A stretch of DNA of 64,000 bases from Thermofilaceae archaeon. GTDB lineage: Archaea; Thermoproteota; Thermoprotei; Thermofilales; Thermofilaceae. The DNA lies in assembly GCA_038727095.1 (NCBI GenBank), contig JAVYWK010000005.1, forward strand, positions 1 through 64,000, given 5' to 3'. The notes below the pieces were generated by a model. The model saw only the letters and a list, made by a program, of their open reading frames with translations, did no database searches and had not been told where the DNA came from. The translations under genes were made by a program, and so were the position numbers. Numbering within the stretch: position 1 is the stretch's first letter; each line of letters begins with the position of its first letter. Below are positions 48,856 to 58,557 of this stretch, piece after piece.

Positions 48856-50283
48856 TTAGGTTAACGGGGTTACGGCTGCGAGGAGCGCGCTGTGGACGAC
48901 TGCGAGCCAGGCTGCGTTCTCGGTCCAGGATTTGGTGCGGTGGAGCCACACTTGGGCTGCAGCGTCGAGGGGTAGTAGTAGGGTGAGGCTAACGAAGGTT
49001 ACGATCAGCAGGTAGCCGGAGAGGCCCTGCGGCCCCAGTAGCAGCCTCGCGGTGGCGTAGGCGGAGAGGAAGCTGGCCGCCCGGAGGGCGATGACGACCG
49101 CTAGCCCGCGCATCGGTGGCAGGTTCGCCAGCTTGAGCCTCGCGAGCGGCTCGAAGGTGGTGCACGGTAGAAGCGAGAGGGCTAGGATCGCGGCCATGAG
49201 GGGGGCTCTCTGCGAGCTCGGCTCCACGTTGAAGAAGGGTTGGAGGGCCTCGTGCAGGCCGACGTAGACGATCAGCGCCAGCGCGATGCTTGCTGCTACC
49301 AGCCCTGGCAGGCCTTTGATCAGGGCTGTGCTGAAGCGTGGACGGGGCCGCTGAACCAGGATCAAGGCGAGTGTCTGCGTGTAGAGCACGGCGAGGACGT
49401 AGGCGGCGATTAGCGATACGGCTGGAGCCATGAGCAGGTAGAGCGGGAAGGCCAGCGGCGCGGCTAGGGCGAAGGCTGCGGCTAGCTTGGCCAGCGGCAG
49501 GCTTCCCGGGGACTGCGCCTGAGGCTTCCTCAAGCGGGGGGCGAGCAGGCTGACGGCCGCGAGCGTAGCGGCTAGTGCGAAGGCGCTTCTCGCCAGCGTT
49601 AGGGTCAAGCGCTGGGGGGCGCGGTTCTCGTAGCCGTCCCCCTCGAGCCTCGACAGCACGGCGTCCGCTAGCGCCGGGTTGTAAAGCACGGTCAAGTGGT
49701 CGTCGTGGGGCAGGATTACCACTGTCCAGCCTTCGGCGCTGGTCACGGTGAAGATCTCGTCGAGGGCGGCGAAGACCACGACCCGCTCGATGGGTTTGTC
49801 GAGGTACGGCCTGGACGCGACGACGATGACCCTCACCACCCTCGGATCCCTCTTCGCGAACTCCTGCGCGAAGAAGCCGCCCATGCTGTGGCCGACCAGC
49901 GTGACCTCCTCGTCTCGCACCCCGAGCGACTCCAGCAGCCTGAGGTAGACGGGGAAAGCCGCGGTGCCGTTGAAGGCCGCGATCCTCGAGCCGCTCCTCC
50001 CGTGCCCCAGGTTGTCGTAGGCGATGGCTCTGTAGCCGCTCCTGGCCAGCTCCACCCCGAGCCACTTCATCATCTCGAGGCTCCCGCCGAGCCCGTGGAG
50101 CAGCACAACAACGCCCTTGGTGGTGCCGCTCTTCGGGCTCCACTCCGCGTAGTAGACCGGGACTACGTCGACAAAGATGTAGCCTCTCCACTCTTCGACC
50201 CCCGACTCGAGCTGCAGCAGGCCGAGCGACAGCACAGCGTACGCGGCTATGAAGGCGGAGAGCAGGATGACCGCCCTACCCAC
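48856..50283 (-). CDS. Membrane-anchored alpha/beta hydrolase with a multi-TM C-terminal domain
   Basis: LLHGLGG, GHGRS, GHSMGG nucleophile elbow, DDHL; N-terminal signal/TM and about 7 C-terminal TMs. Confidence 0.8.
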   Translation of the reverse strand: MGRAVILLSAFIAAYAVLSLGLLQLESGVEEWRGYIFVDVVPVYYAEWSPKSGTTKGVVVLLHGLGGSLEMMKWLGVELARSGYRAIAYDNLGHGRSGSRIAAFNGTAAFPVYLRLLESLGVRDEEVTLVGHSMGGFFAQEFAKRDPRVVRVIVVASRPYLDKPIERVVVFAALDEIFTVTSAEGWTVVILPHDDHLTVLYNPALADAVLSRLEGDGYENRAPQRLTLTLARSAFALAATLAAVSLLAPRLRKPQAQSPGSLPLAKLAAAFALAAPLAFPLYLLMAPAVSLIAAYVLAVLYTQTLALILVQRPRPRFSTALIKGLPGLVAASIALALIVYVGLHEALQPFFNVEPSSQRAPLMAAILALSLLPCTTFEPLARLKLANLPPMRGLAVVIALRAASFLSAYATARLLLGPQGLSGYLLIVTFVSLTLLLPLDAAAQVWLHRTKSWTENAAWLAVVHSALLAAVTPLT

Positions 50284-50368
50284 GATGCCCCGTCCGAGCG
50301 ATCGTATTAAGCTGTTTTCCCGCGCCCGGCCTCAAGCCCGGTGCACCACCTCGATCGGGGAGGGGCCC

Positions 50369-51640
50369 CTACAGCTGCAGCAGGATGGCGGTGGCCAGGA
50401 GGGGTGTGGCTACGGCGAGGTTGACGGGGATTAGCTTCACGGCCCTACTCCTGCTGATGGGCGCCACGTAGACGGCCTTGTTGATCGAGGCGGCCGCTGA
50501 GGCGATCAGCGTCGACACGATCGCCGTCGAGGGTGAGACGTAGTTCCCCACGAGCAGGCTCATCGAGGTGAAGATCACTGCCGCTGAGCTGGCGAACCCG
50601 CTGAGAGCCGATGCGAGCAGCGCGCCTGGAACGCCTAGCACGAGCGTGGCCGCCGCGCTGATCATCGATGAGAGAGCGAAGAGGGCTGTAGCCCTCGCCG
50701 CCAGGCTGAAGCTCAGCGGGGGGACCTCGATGCTGAGCTCCCCCGGGCTCGGCAGGAGCTTTGACAGCGTGTAGGCCAGGAGGATCGAGAGGGAGTAGCC
50801 GAGCAGCCCGACCGCGAGGAGGTTAAGCTCCACCCTCCGCGACAGGTGCGATAGCAGGGTTGCGAGAGCCGCGTTCCTCGCCAGCATTGCCGCGTTCGCC
50901 AGCAGGGAGGACCTGACAGCCGCCCCCTCACCGCCCAGCCTGCAGGCGCTCACGACCGTTGCCTCGCTGTTGGCGAGCCCGCCGAAGAAGGAGACGAAGT
51001 CGATGGACCGCGAGCCACCGAGCCTGACCGCCACGTAGCCTATGTAGGAGATCACCAGCACCGTGACGAAGAATATGTAGAGGGAGCCGACGCTGACGGC
51101 GTTGAGGAACGGATCGGTCAGCTCGAAGGGCAGGAGGGGGCCGATCAGGAAGGCAATCACGCCCAGCTCGAAGAGGGGGAGGAGCTCCCCGTAGGTGACG
51201 CCCTTGACGACCCTCTCAATGCTCAGCTTTGCGGCTAGCGCCAGGCTCGCCATGAAGCAGAGGGCCACCCCTTCGACGAGCATCCCGGAGCCGATCAGCA
51301 GGCCGGAGGAGTAGGCGACAGCCAGCGCGAGGGGGGTTGTGATCCCGCTCTCCCCACTGATCACCAGCTTCCGGTAAGTGTAGACGCCAACGACTGAGAC
51401 AACCATGGCCGCGAGAGAGGCTGACGCCAGCAGTGGGAGCCACGGTTCGGTTGCCACGCTACCGGGGAGAGCTGCGGACAGGCAGCCGAGCACGGAGAGG
51501 AAGCCGACGCTTCTGACCCCCGGCGCCTCGTGGGATTTCGCCCTCTCCCTCTCCAACCCTATCAGCGCTCCCGATAGGAAGCTGAGAGCGACCTTCACCA
51601 CGAACTGGATGTCGACCGACACTGGGACTAGGGGCAGCAT
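50369..51640 (-). CDS. MgtC/SapB plus DUF4010 membrane protein
   Basis: GALIGLERE..PGVRS, GITT, ISYIGYVAVR, GGLANSEAT. Confidence 0.82.
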   Translation of the reverse strand: MLPLVPVSVDIQFVVKVALSFLSGALIGLERERAKSHEAPGVRSVGFLSVLGCLSAALPGSVATEPWLPLLASASLAAMVVSVVGVYTYRKLVISGESGITTPLALAVAYSSGLLIGSGMLVEGVALCFMASLALAAKLSIERVVKGVTYGELLPLFELGVIAFLIGPLLPFELTDPFLNAVSVGSLYIFFVTVLVISYIGYVAVRLGGSRSIDFVSFFGGLANSEATVVSACRLGGEGAAVRSSLLANAAMLARNAALATLLSHLSRRVELNLLAVGLLGYSLSILLAYTLSKLLPSPGELSIEVPPLSFSLAARATALFALSSMISAAATLVLGVPGALLASALSGFASSAAVIFTSMSLLVGNYVSPSTAIVSTLIASAAASINKAVYVAPISRSRAVKLIPVNLAVATPLLATAILLQL

Positions 51641-51862
51641 GCTTAAACCTATGTTTACTACAATCAGGTATATAAGAACTATTCTCTTCTTACATCTATA
51701 TAATCTATAAACTTGCACCGTTAAGCGAGAGCAGCGCTCCGGGGTTCACCAGCTCCAAGCCGCGCGGCACAGCTGTCCCGGCTGAACCGCCGCAGCTCGG
51801 CGCACTCGACGCGGATGGAGGGTTCGAGGTTAAAGAGCTAGGATACCAATTTTAGGCTGGAA

Positions 51863-52528
51863 ATGGCCCGCTACGCCGTGGAGTCTGACCCAGCGCAGCT
51901 GAGGAGGAGGTTGGCTGAGCTGGACTCGAAGATGAGGAAGGCCGTGGGGGAGGTTGGGGAGCTGAAGGCGAAGATAGATGCCTTGAGCGAGGAGAGGAGG
52001 AAGCTCCGCGAGGATATCGCGAGGCTTGAGGCGGAGCTGCGCGAGCTTAAGGGGAGGATGGCCGCTGCGCGGGAGGAGGGGGGAGTTGACGTGAAAAAGC
52101 TCTGGGAGGAGAAGAGAAGCCTTCAGGAGAGGGTTACCAGCCTGCGCCGAGAGATCAGGGAGCTGCTCGATAGGATCGATAGGGGTGAGCCGAGGCAGGA
52201 GGAGCTCAGGTCGAAGATGAGGGAGTACGCTGCGCTGGAGAGCCGGCTCAAGGCCGTTGAGGCGAGCATAAACGAGGCTAGCAGGAGGAGGCTGGAGGAG
52301 AGGACTGAGAGGGAGAAGCTGAAGCTGCGCATCGCGGAGCTGCAGGAGGAGCTTGTGAGGTTGAGGAGGCGGAGGGCGGCGTTGAAGAAGCAGCTGGAGC
52401 AGCTGAAGTCCACGTACGCTGCTAAAGCCTCGGAGCTCCAAGACTTACGGCAGGAGATCGAGAGGATCAGGCTTTTCATCAGGGCGGCTGAGATCGCGGA
52501 GCGCCTGAGGGGCGGTAAGCAGAAATAA
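51863..52528 (+). CDS. Coiled-coil protein
   Basis: Continuous E/K/R/L heptads over about 200 aa. Confidence 0.7.
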   Translation: MARYAVESDPAQLRRRLAELDSKMRKAVGEVGELKAKIDALSEERRKLREDIARLEAELRELKGRMAAAREEGGVDVKKLWEEKRSLQERVTSLRREIRELLDRIDRGEPRQEELRSKMREYAALESRLKAVEASINEASRRRLEERTEREKLKLRIAELQEELVRLRRRRAALKKQLEQLKSTYAAKASELQDLRQEIERIRLFIRAAEIAERLRGGKQK

Positions 52529-52548
52529 CCACGGTGGCGAGGGCCCAC

Positions 52549-54000
52549 ATGGGCTGCAAGTTCGATAGGGGCTTCAGGTTCGGGTTCAGCACGGTCGGCG
52601 TCCAGCACGAGATGGGCCTCCCCGGCTCCGAGTTCGCCAGCGACTGGGTCCTCTGGCTTCACGACCCGGAGAACATCGCCGCGGGCATCGTGAGCGGGGA
52701 CCGGCCGGAGGACGGCCCCGGCTACTGGCACCTCTTCAGGGAGGATAACGAGAGGGCTGTCTGGCTGGGGATGGACGCTGCGTGGTTCACGATTGAGTGG
52801 GCGCGGATCTTCCCCAAACCGACTTTCGAGGTCGAGGTTCCCGTCGAGCGGAGCAGGGATGGCTTGGTGGCCGTTAACGTAGATCAGGAGCACGTGAGGA
52901 GGCTCGAGAAGCTGGCGGACATGGGTGCTGTGAAGCGGTACAGGGAGATCTTTGAGGACTGGAAGGGGCGCGGAGGGTTCCTGATAGCCAACCTCTTCCA
53001 CTGGTCGATCCCCGTCTGGCTGCACGACCCCGTGAAGGTCAGGAAGTTGGGGCCCGACCGGGCTCCCTCCGGTTGGCTCGACGAGAGGACGGTGGTCGAG
53101 TTCGCGAAGTTCGCCGCGTTCGCTGCGAGCGTGTTCGACGACCTCGTGGACGCGTGGTACACGATGAACGAGCCGGAGGTGGTGGCGATGCTGGGCTACG
53201 TGAGCGTGAGGAGCGGCTTCCCGCCCGGCTACCTCGACTTGAAGTGCTACGAGGTTGCGAGGAAGCACTTGGCCGAGGCTCACGCCCGGGCCTACGACGC
53301 TGTAAAGACCTTCTCGAAGAAGCCCGTAGGGATCGTCGAGTCCGTCGCCGCTTGGACCCCGCTGACGGAGGAGGATAGGGAGGCAGCCGACGCCGGGTTC
53401 GAGCGCAACATCTGGCCGTACGAGGCTGCCGTCAAGGGGGTTCTCGCTGGGGGCGTGAGGGACGACTTGAGGGGCCGGCTCGACTGGGTGGGGTTGAACT
53501 ACTACACGAGGAGCGTCGTTAGGAAGGTTCCAGGCGGCTACACCGTGCTTTCCGGCTACGGCTACTCCTGCCCGCCGGGCGGTTCATCGAAGGCTGGGCG
53601 CCCGGCGAGCGACTTCGGCTGGGAGGTTTACCCGGAGGGCCTCTACGAGGTGCTCATCAGGCTCTGGAAGAGGTACCGGCTCCCCATTTACGTCACCGAG
53701 AACGGCATCGCCGACGCGAGCGACAGGTTAAGGTCGCACTTCATCGTCTCCCACCTGTACCAGGTCCACCGCGCCGCGTCAGAGGGGGTTGACGTTAGAG
53801 GCTACTTCCACTGGAACCTCTTCGACAACCTCGAGTGGGCGCAGGGCTACAGGATGAGGTTCGGCCTCTTCCACGTTGACTTCGCGACCAAGCGCAGGTA
53901 CGCGAGACCCAGCGCCCTCGTGTTCCGGGAGATCGCGAGGGACAAGGAGATACCGGACTACCTGATGCACCTCACCGAGCCCCCACGCGTTAGCGGTTGA
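52549..54000 (+). CDS. GH1 beta-glycosidase (LacS/CelB-like)
   Basis: QHEMG, EWARIFP, HW, TMNEP acid/base, VTENG nucleophile, DNLEWAQG. Confidence 0.93.
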   Translation: MGCKFDRGFRFGFSTVGVQHEMGLPGSEFASDWVLWLHDPENIAAGIVSGDRPEDGPGYWHLFREDNERAVWLGMDAAWFTIEWARIFPKPTFEVEVPVERSRDGLVAVNVDQEHVRRLEKLADMGAVKRYREIFEDWKGRGGFLIANLFHWSIPVWLHDPVKVRKLGPDRAPSGWLDERTVVEFAKFAAFAASVFDDLVDAWYTMNEPEVVAMLGYVSVRSGFPPGYLDLKCYEVARKHLAEAHARAYDAVKTFSKKPVGIVESVAAWTPLTEEDREAADAGFERNIWPYEAAVKGVLAGGVRDDLRGRLDWVGLNYYTRSVVRKVPGGYTVLSGYGYSCPPGGSSKAGRPASDFGWEVYPEGLYEVLIRLWKRYRLPIYVTENGIADASDRLRSHFIVSHLYQVHRAASEGVDVRGYFHWNLFDNLEWAQGYRMRFGLFHVDFATKRRYARPSALVFREIARDKEIPDYLMHLTEPPRVSG

Positions 54001-54023
54001 GGAAGTTGACGGGTGTGACCCCC

Positions 54024-54073
54024 TCAGTAAGGCCGGGAACCCTCACTGATCGGTAGGTAGCTGAGCTCATCAC
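54024..54073 (-). ncRNA. Box C/D sRNA on the minus strand, targets not identified
   Basis: Minus strand: GTGATGA-gctcagctaccta-CCGA-tca-GTGAGGG-ttcccggcctta-CTGA; TTTTTAT about 23 nt upstream. Confidence 0.7.
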
Positions 54074-54123
54074 CGTGCTCGCTTAATGCGCGCGCATAAA
54101 AACCCTAGGCTCTACTGGGTCGC

Positions 54124-55146
54124 GTGAACACGACCCTCCTCTCCAAGCTATCAGCTGCGCTGGGACCGTCGGGCTTCGAGAGCCAGGTGAGGAAGCTCAT
54201 CGCCGAGGAGCTGGGTAAGCTGGGGCTTGAGCCAGCTACCGACCCCCTGGGTAACCTCTACGTTACGTTCGGGGAGGGTAGGCCGCTGATGGTTGTGGCA
54301 GCCCACATGGACGAAGTCGGCTTCCTGGTGAGACACGTCGAGGACGCCGGCTTCCTGCGGGTGACCGCTCTCGGCGGTGTGAGCGCGAGCGCCTCGCAGG
54401 GCCATGAGGTCGTCGTCATGGGGCGGAAGGGGGAAGTGAAAGGAGTGGTGGGCTCGACCCCGCCCCACCTGCAGGCTGGGGCCCAGCCGAGGGAGATCAC
54501 TGTGGAGGACCTCTTCATCGACGTCGGCGCCTCTACGAGGGAGGAGGCGCTTGCCATGGGTGTGGGAATAGGTTCTCCAGCCACATTCGCCCCACGCTTC
54601 GAGGATCTGGGCGGCTGCGTGGCCGGTAAGGCTCTCGACGACCGGATTGGATGCTACGTGCTCATCGAGTCGCTCCGCGGCTACAGTGGGCCGGAGAGGG
54701 GGACTCTCGTGGCAGCATTCACCGTGCAGGAGGAGACAGGGCTGCGGGGCGCGCTAGCCCTCGCCCACCGGCTCCAGCCGGACTACGCGGTCGCTCTGGA
54801 GGGAACGATCGCTAACGACGTGCCTGGGACGCCGGCCGACAGGGTGATCACGAGGCTGGGATCGGGGCCCGCGCTCAGGGTGATGGATAGGACGATCGTA
54901 GCTTCCAGCGAGCTCCTCTCCCACATCGCAGCTCTGGCGGAGCGGGAGGGCATCCCGTACCAGCTCCAGATCTCGCCCTACAGCGGGACCGATGCGGGCG
55001 GCTTCGTGCACTACGGCTCAGCCGCGACTGCCATCTCAGTACCGGTCAGGTACATCCACTCACCCGTGTCCATCGCGAGGAAGAGCGACATTGAGCACAC
55101 GATCGCCCTCGTGAGGAAGCTGCTCGAATACCCCTGGCCCGCGTAG
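54124..55146 (+). CDS. M42 family (TET) aminopeptidase
   Basis: GPSGFE, AHMDEVG, GKALDDR.G, TVQEE.GLRGA, GTDAG, RYIHSP. Confidence 0.92.
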   Translation: MNTTLLSKLSAALGPSGFESQVRKLIAEELGKLGLEPATDPLGNLYVTFGEGRPLMVVAAHMDEVGFLVRHVEDAGFLRVTALGGVSASASQGHEVVVMGRKGEVKGVVGSTPPHLQAGAQPREITVEDLFIDVGASTREEALAMGVGIGSPATFAPRFEDLGGCVAGKALDDRIGCYVLIESLRGYSGPERGTLVAAFTVQEETGLRGALALAHRLQPDYAVALEGTIANDVPGTPADRVITRLGSGPALRVMDRTIVASSELLSHIAALAEREGIPYQLQISPYSGTDAGGFVHYGSAATAISVPVRYIHSPVSIARKSDIEHTIALVRKLLEYPWPA

Positions 55147-55312
55147 ATAGAAATCGTGCAGCCTCTAAGGGCCCCATACCCTAGCTGGTAGCCCAACCCT
55201 CTTCGAGAGGCTAGGCGTTAATGGCTGCGGCTTTCGGTACGACCTCTCGATGAGCTGGACGCCGGTACTGATTGCGCGTCAATCTTAATTACCGTTATCA
55301 GAGTGCCCTTTC

Positions 55313-56221
55313 GTGACTGAAGCCCGAAGAAGGCTCTTCGCTTTCCTGGTGCTCGCCTACCTCTTCGCCCTGACGATCGATCTGGCGGCCTTCATGACGC
55401 TCGAGAGGGGCGGTGCGGGCTCTTCCGATCCCCGGACAGCCTTGGTAACCATGGTGTGGGGCTTCGCGAGGATGTGGTCTGTGACGGCTGCCGCGCTACT
55501 CTCTGCGGTGATCGGTCGTGAAAGCCTACTAGGTTGCCTGAAGCGGTGGCTTAGGGTTTCGAAACGTTCCCTGCTGTGCTACCTCTCAGCCCCCCTTCTA
55601 ATCTACCTCGCTTTGGGAGTCTACGTGCTGATCGCCGCGCCTTTCGGGCTCTTCGATTTTAACGCCTACGTGGAGCTCATTGCGAGCCAACTGCGAGCCG
55701 CAGGGCTGGCGGAGGAACTGGCCCCCCTCGTTGCGTTCCAGCAGCTCCTGCTGGGCTACTTCGCGGCTATCTCGGTGAACGCCGCTTTCGCGCTCGGCGA
55801 GGAGCTCGGGTGGAGGGGCTACATGTTCGACCTGCTCGAAAGGAGGCTCACGGCCAGGGGCGTTGTAGCGATTGGCGTCGCGTGGGGCTTGTGGCACGCG
55901 TCAGCCACAATGCTGCTCGGCCACAACTACGGCTCCAACCGGCTCCTCGGTGGGTTCATCCTCTTCCCCGTTTTCACCACGCTCCTATCAATCCCACACA
56001 TGCTCCTAGTTGAAGCAGCGGACAGCGTGCTCCCCGCCGCCTCGCTCCACGGGGCCGTGAACGCGCTGTGGGGCCTCACGGTCGTCGCCACGGGGCTGCC
56101 GCTAGAGGCGAGAGAGCTCTACACCGGTCTGGGTTTAGCGGGCTTTGCCGCCTGGGCGATCCTCGATGCTCTCATCATCAAGCTGAGGCTGAAGAGGGCT
56201 AGAGGCGACGGTAGAGCGTAA
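55313..56221 (+). CDS. CPBP (CAAX/Abi) intramembrane metalloprotease
   Basis: GEELGWRGY, WGLWH, HGAVN. Confidence 0.88.
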   Translation: MTEARRRLFAFLVLAYLFALTIDLAAFMTLERGGAGSSDPRTALVTMVWGFARMWSVTAAALLSAVIGRESLLGCLKRWLRVSKRSLLCYLSAPLLIYLALGVYVLIAAPFGLFDFNAYVELIASQLRAAGLAEELAPLVAFQQLLLGYFAAISVNAAFALGEELGWRGYMFDLLERRLTARGVVAIGVAWGLWHASATMLLGHNYGSNRLLGGFILFPVFTTLLSIPHMLLVEAADSVLPAASLHGAVNALWGLTVVATGLPLEARELYTGLGLAGFAAWAILDALIIKLRLKRARGDGRA

Positions 56222-56319
56222 CCTCTGAGCGCTTCAGGCAGGCCCAGCCTTTCCGACTTTCTCGATCCCTGCCACGTACTGGTCCGCGGTGCTGGGTTGC
56301 TGCACGTCTGATCGAGCTG

Positions 56320-57696
56320 CTACTTCGTTGACGGCTGGGGGCGAGCGCCGGGTCGGTGCTGCAGGGCGAGCTCGCAGAGGATCGCGGCCAGCTGTATCAA
56401 GGCGAAGTGCGATTCGCCCTCGCTAGCCGGTCGGAACATGCCGTCATCCATCAGCTTAACGTTCGTGTACCTGCTGATGGCCAGCTTCCTCCAGAGCGCG
56501 TAGGCCCGCTTATCGGCGGTGAGCACGGTCAGATCCTTTATGAGCTCCGGATCGATCGAGGGTATCGAGATGTCGCACTTGTACTGCGTGCTGGGCACCT
56601 TGCTCGCGAAAGCTTCGACCACCTCGTAGGCCATGAGGAGGGCTTCGGCGAGCAGTCTCTCGCAGGCCTTCCTGCTCTCGGCCACCCTGTTGAGCACCTC
56701 AGCGTGGACGCAGTAGGGGACGTGGATCCGGGGTCCCAGCAGCCGTACGACGTTGTGGACACCAGAGTAAATCACATTCGTGTCTATTAAGTACCGCTCA
56801 TCCTGCCCCAAGTCGAGAATCTCGAAGCCAACCAACCTGTACAACCACCCAACCTCCCTGCAGCGGGGCTCGCCCCAGGCTATGGCGGATAGGGCCTCCG
56901 CTGCGAAATCCTCGAAGAGCCTCCGGTCGGGCGGCGGGTGGACGCTGATGCTCTTCCTAACCCTTGCCGTCGGCGCCTCGCCTTTGACCGGCAGCCTGGC
57001 CAGCTCGCAGACCGGTACCAATCCAGCGGTCGTACTTAGGTAGAGGGTCTTCGACAGCTCGCCCCCCTCGACGGCTTCAACGAGCTCGAGCGCGAGCTTC
57101 GGGGTGGAGTAGTCGTTAACCCACGTTTGGGGGAGTGAGAGGTTCAAGTCGACGCAGAGGCTGGCGATCCTCTTGAGGAGCCGGGTGGGAAAGGGGGCTT
57201 CCTCCTCCAGGTACTCCACAGCCCCGTCCCTGCTGAAGGCGCGTCTCGCGGGCTCCGGTGGATCCCCTAGCACCCGCATCGGCTGCAGGTACCGGGGGAC
57301 GTAGGGGTAGAAGAAGCCGGTCCATGGGCCGAAGGGGAAGAGGACGTGCCCAACGTCCGCCCCCGTTCTCGCGGAGGCCAGCGTGAGAGCAACCGCCCCC
57401 ACGAGGGAGCCGGAGGTTGGCACAGCTAGAGCTTTACCGCGCGAGAGGAAGCTTTGAAACGTGTTCAGCGCCTCCCCCAGGTCCCGGGACATCTGACGGA
57501 GCTCCAAACCAGCGTCGAAGAGCCTCTTGACGAACCGGGAAACCCTCTCCGCCTCTCGCTTCGCGAAAGCGCTGTAGAAGGCCACGCACTCGCCGATAGG
57601 GAACGCCTCTAGAGCCCTCGCGAGGGAGGAGGCCGCGGATTGGAAGGTGAAGCTGGGAGAGCCGACGAGGAAGACCGCAAGCTCGTAGCCAGCCAC
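56320..57696 (-). CDS. Putative CARF-like Rossmann domain fused to a C-terminal PIN nuclease
   Basis: N-terminal AVFLVGS..VAFYS..AVPTSGSL.GAVAL (CARF-like); C-terminal LIDTNVIY..VPYCVHAEV..CD..VLTADKR (PIN). Confidence 0.6.
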   Translation of the reverse strand: MAGYELAVFLVGSPSFTFQSAASSLARALEAFPIGECVAFYSAFAKREAERVSRFVKRLFDAGLELRQMSRDLGEALNTFQSFLSRGKALAVPTSGSLVGAVALTLASARTGADVGHVLFPFGPWTGFFYPYVPRYLQPMRVLGDPPEPARRAFSRDGAVEYLEEEAPFPTRLLKRIASLCVDLNLSLPQTWVNDYSTPKLALELVEAVEGGELSKTLYLSTTAGLVPVCELARLPVKGEAPTARVRKSISVHPPPDRRLFEDFAAEALSAIAWGEPRCREVGWLYRLVGFEILDLGQDERYLIDTNVIYSGVHNVVRLLGPRIHVPYCVHAEVLNRVAESRKACERLLAEALLMAYEVVEAFASKVPSTQYKCDISIPSIDPELIKDLTVLTADKRAYALWRKLAISRYTNVKLMDDGMFRPASEGESHFALIQLAAILCELALQHRPGARPQPSTK

Positions 57697-57787
57697 GGTA
57701 AAGACGGCTCACACCCACTAAAATGCCTTCAGGGGTGTGGGTGGCCGACAGCTGGAGGCCCCTTGAATGACTTGAGCCGGAGCACCT

Positions 57788-58543
57788 TCACCAACCCCTC
57801 ACTAGCCTAAGGAAAACTTCCTCCAGCGTTGCATCGCTCCCCGCTTCAGAGAGCCTCCTAACCTCCTCTAAGGTGCCCTCTGCGAGCAGCTTACCCCTGT
57901 TTATGATGCCGACCCTGGTAGCGAACTTCTCTACGGCGTGTAGCTGGTGGCTCGATATCAGCACTGCAGCCCCCTTCCTCGCGAACTCCTCCACGACCTT
58001 CCTGAACGTGTGCTGCGCCTCCGGATCCATGCCGGAGGTGGGCTCATCCATCACCAGCACGCTGGGCTCTGAGAGCAGGGCTGCAACTACGAGCACCTTT
58101 TGCACGGTCCCGCGCGAGAGCTTACCCATCCGCTTCCCAACGTGCTCCTCCAGCTGGAAGAGCTGGATGTACCGTTGCACTCTCTCCTCGAACACCTCCC
58201 TCTCCACCTCCCTGAGCGAGGCTACTAGCGCGAAGAAGTCCCGCACTGTCAAGCTCTCGAAGACCACGGGGTTCTCGGGCACGTAACCCACGTGCTTCAA
58301 AGCCTCCTCCCGATTCAAGGTGACGTCTACGCCGCAGACCTTAACCACCCCCCTGTCCGGCCTCAACAGGCCGACAACAATCTTGAGAAGAGTGGTTTTA
58401 CCGGCACCGTTGGGCCCTAGAAGCCCGTATATCTCGCCCGCCCTGACTGCCAGCGATACCCCATCGAGCGCTCTCACGCGATGGTAGGTCTTCGATACGT
58501 CTACAACCTCGATGCAGCAGGCCACGCGGGGCGCAACCACCAC
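57788..58543 (-). CDS. ABC-2 type ATP-binding protein
   Basis: GPNGAGKT, LSRG, VMDEPTSGMD, SSH, TLEEVFL. Confidence 0.9.
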   Translation of the reverse strand: MVVAPRVACCIEVVDVSKTYHRVRALDGVSLAVRAGEIYGLLGPNGAGKTTLLKIVVGLLRPDRGVVKVCGVDVTLNREEALKHVGYVPENPVVFESLTVRDFFALVASLREVEREVFEERVQRYIQLFQLEEHVGKRMGKLSRGTVQKVLVVAALLSEPSVLVMDEPTSGMDPEAQHTFRKVVEEFARKGAAVLISSHQLHAVEKFATRVGIINRGKLLAEGTLEEVRRLSEAGSDATLEEVFLRLVRGW

Positions 58544-58557
58544 ACTATATTATCTTT

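Noticed and set aside
48989-50191. 400-aa alternative-frame ORF, and many similar overlapping ORFs such as 52123-53283 and 20888-21601
   Set aside because: Arg/Pro/Gly- or Ser-rich shadow frames of real high-GC3 genes with no recognisable motifs
55203-55271. Possible fourth C/D-like or hairpin RNA (TCGAGAGG/CCTCTCGA stem; TCGATGA..CTGA)
   Set aside because: The C box is poor (TTAATGG), the guides would be 14 nt and no target was recognised; too weak to call
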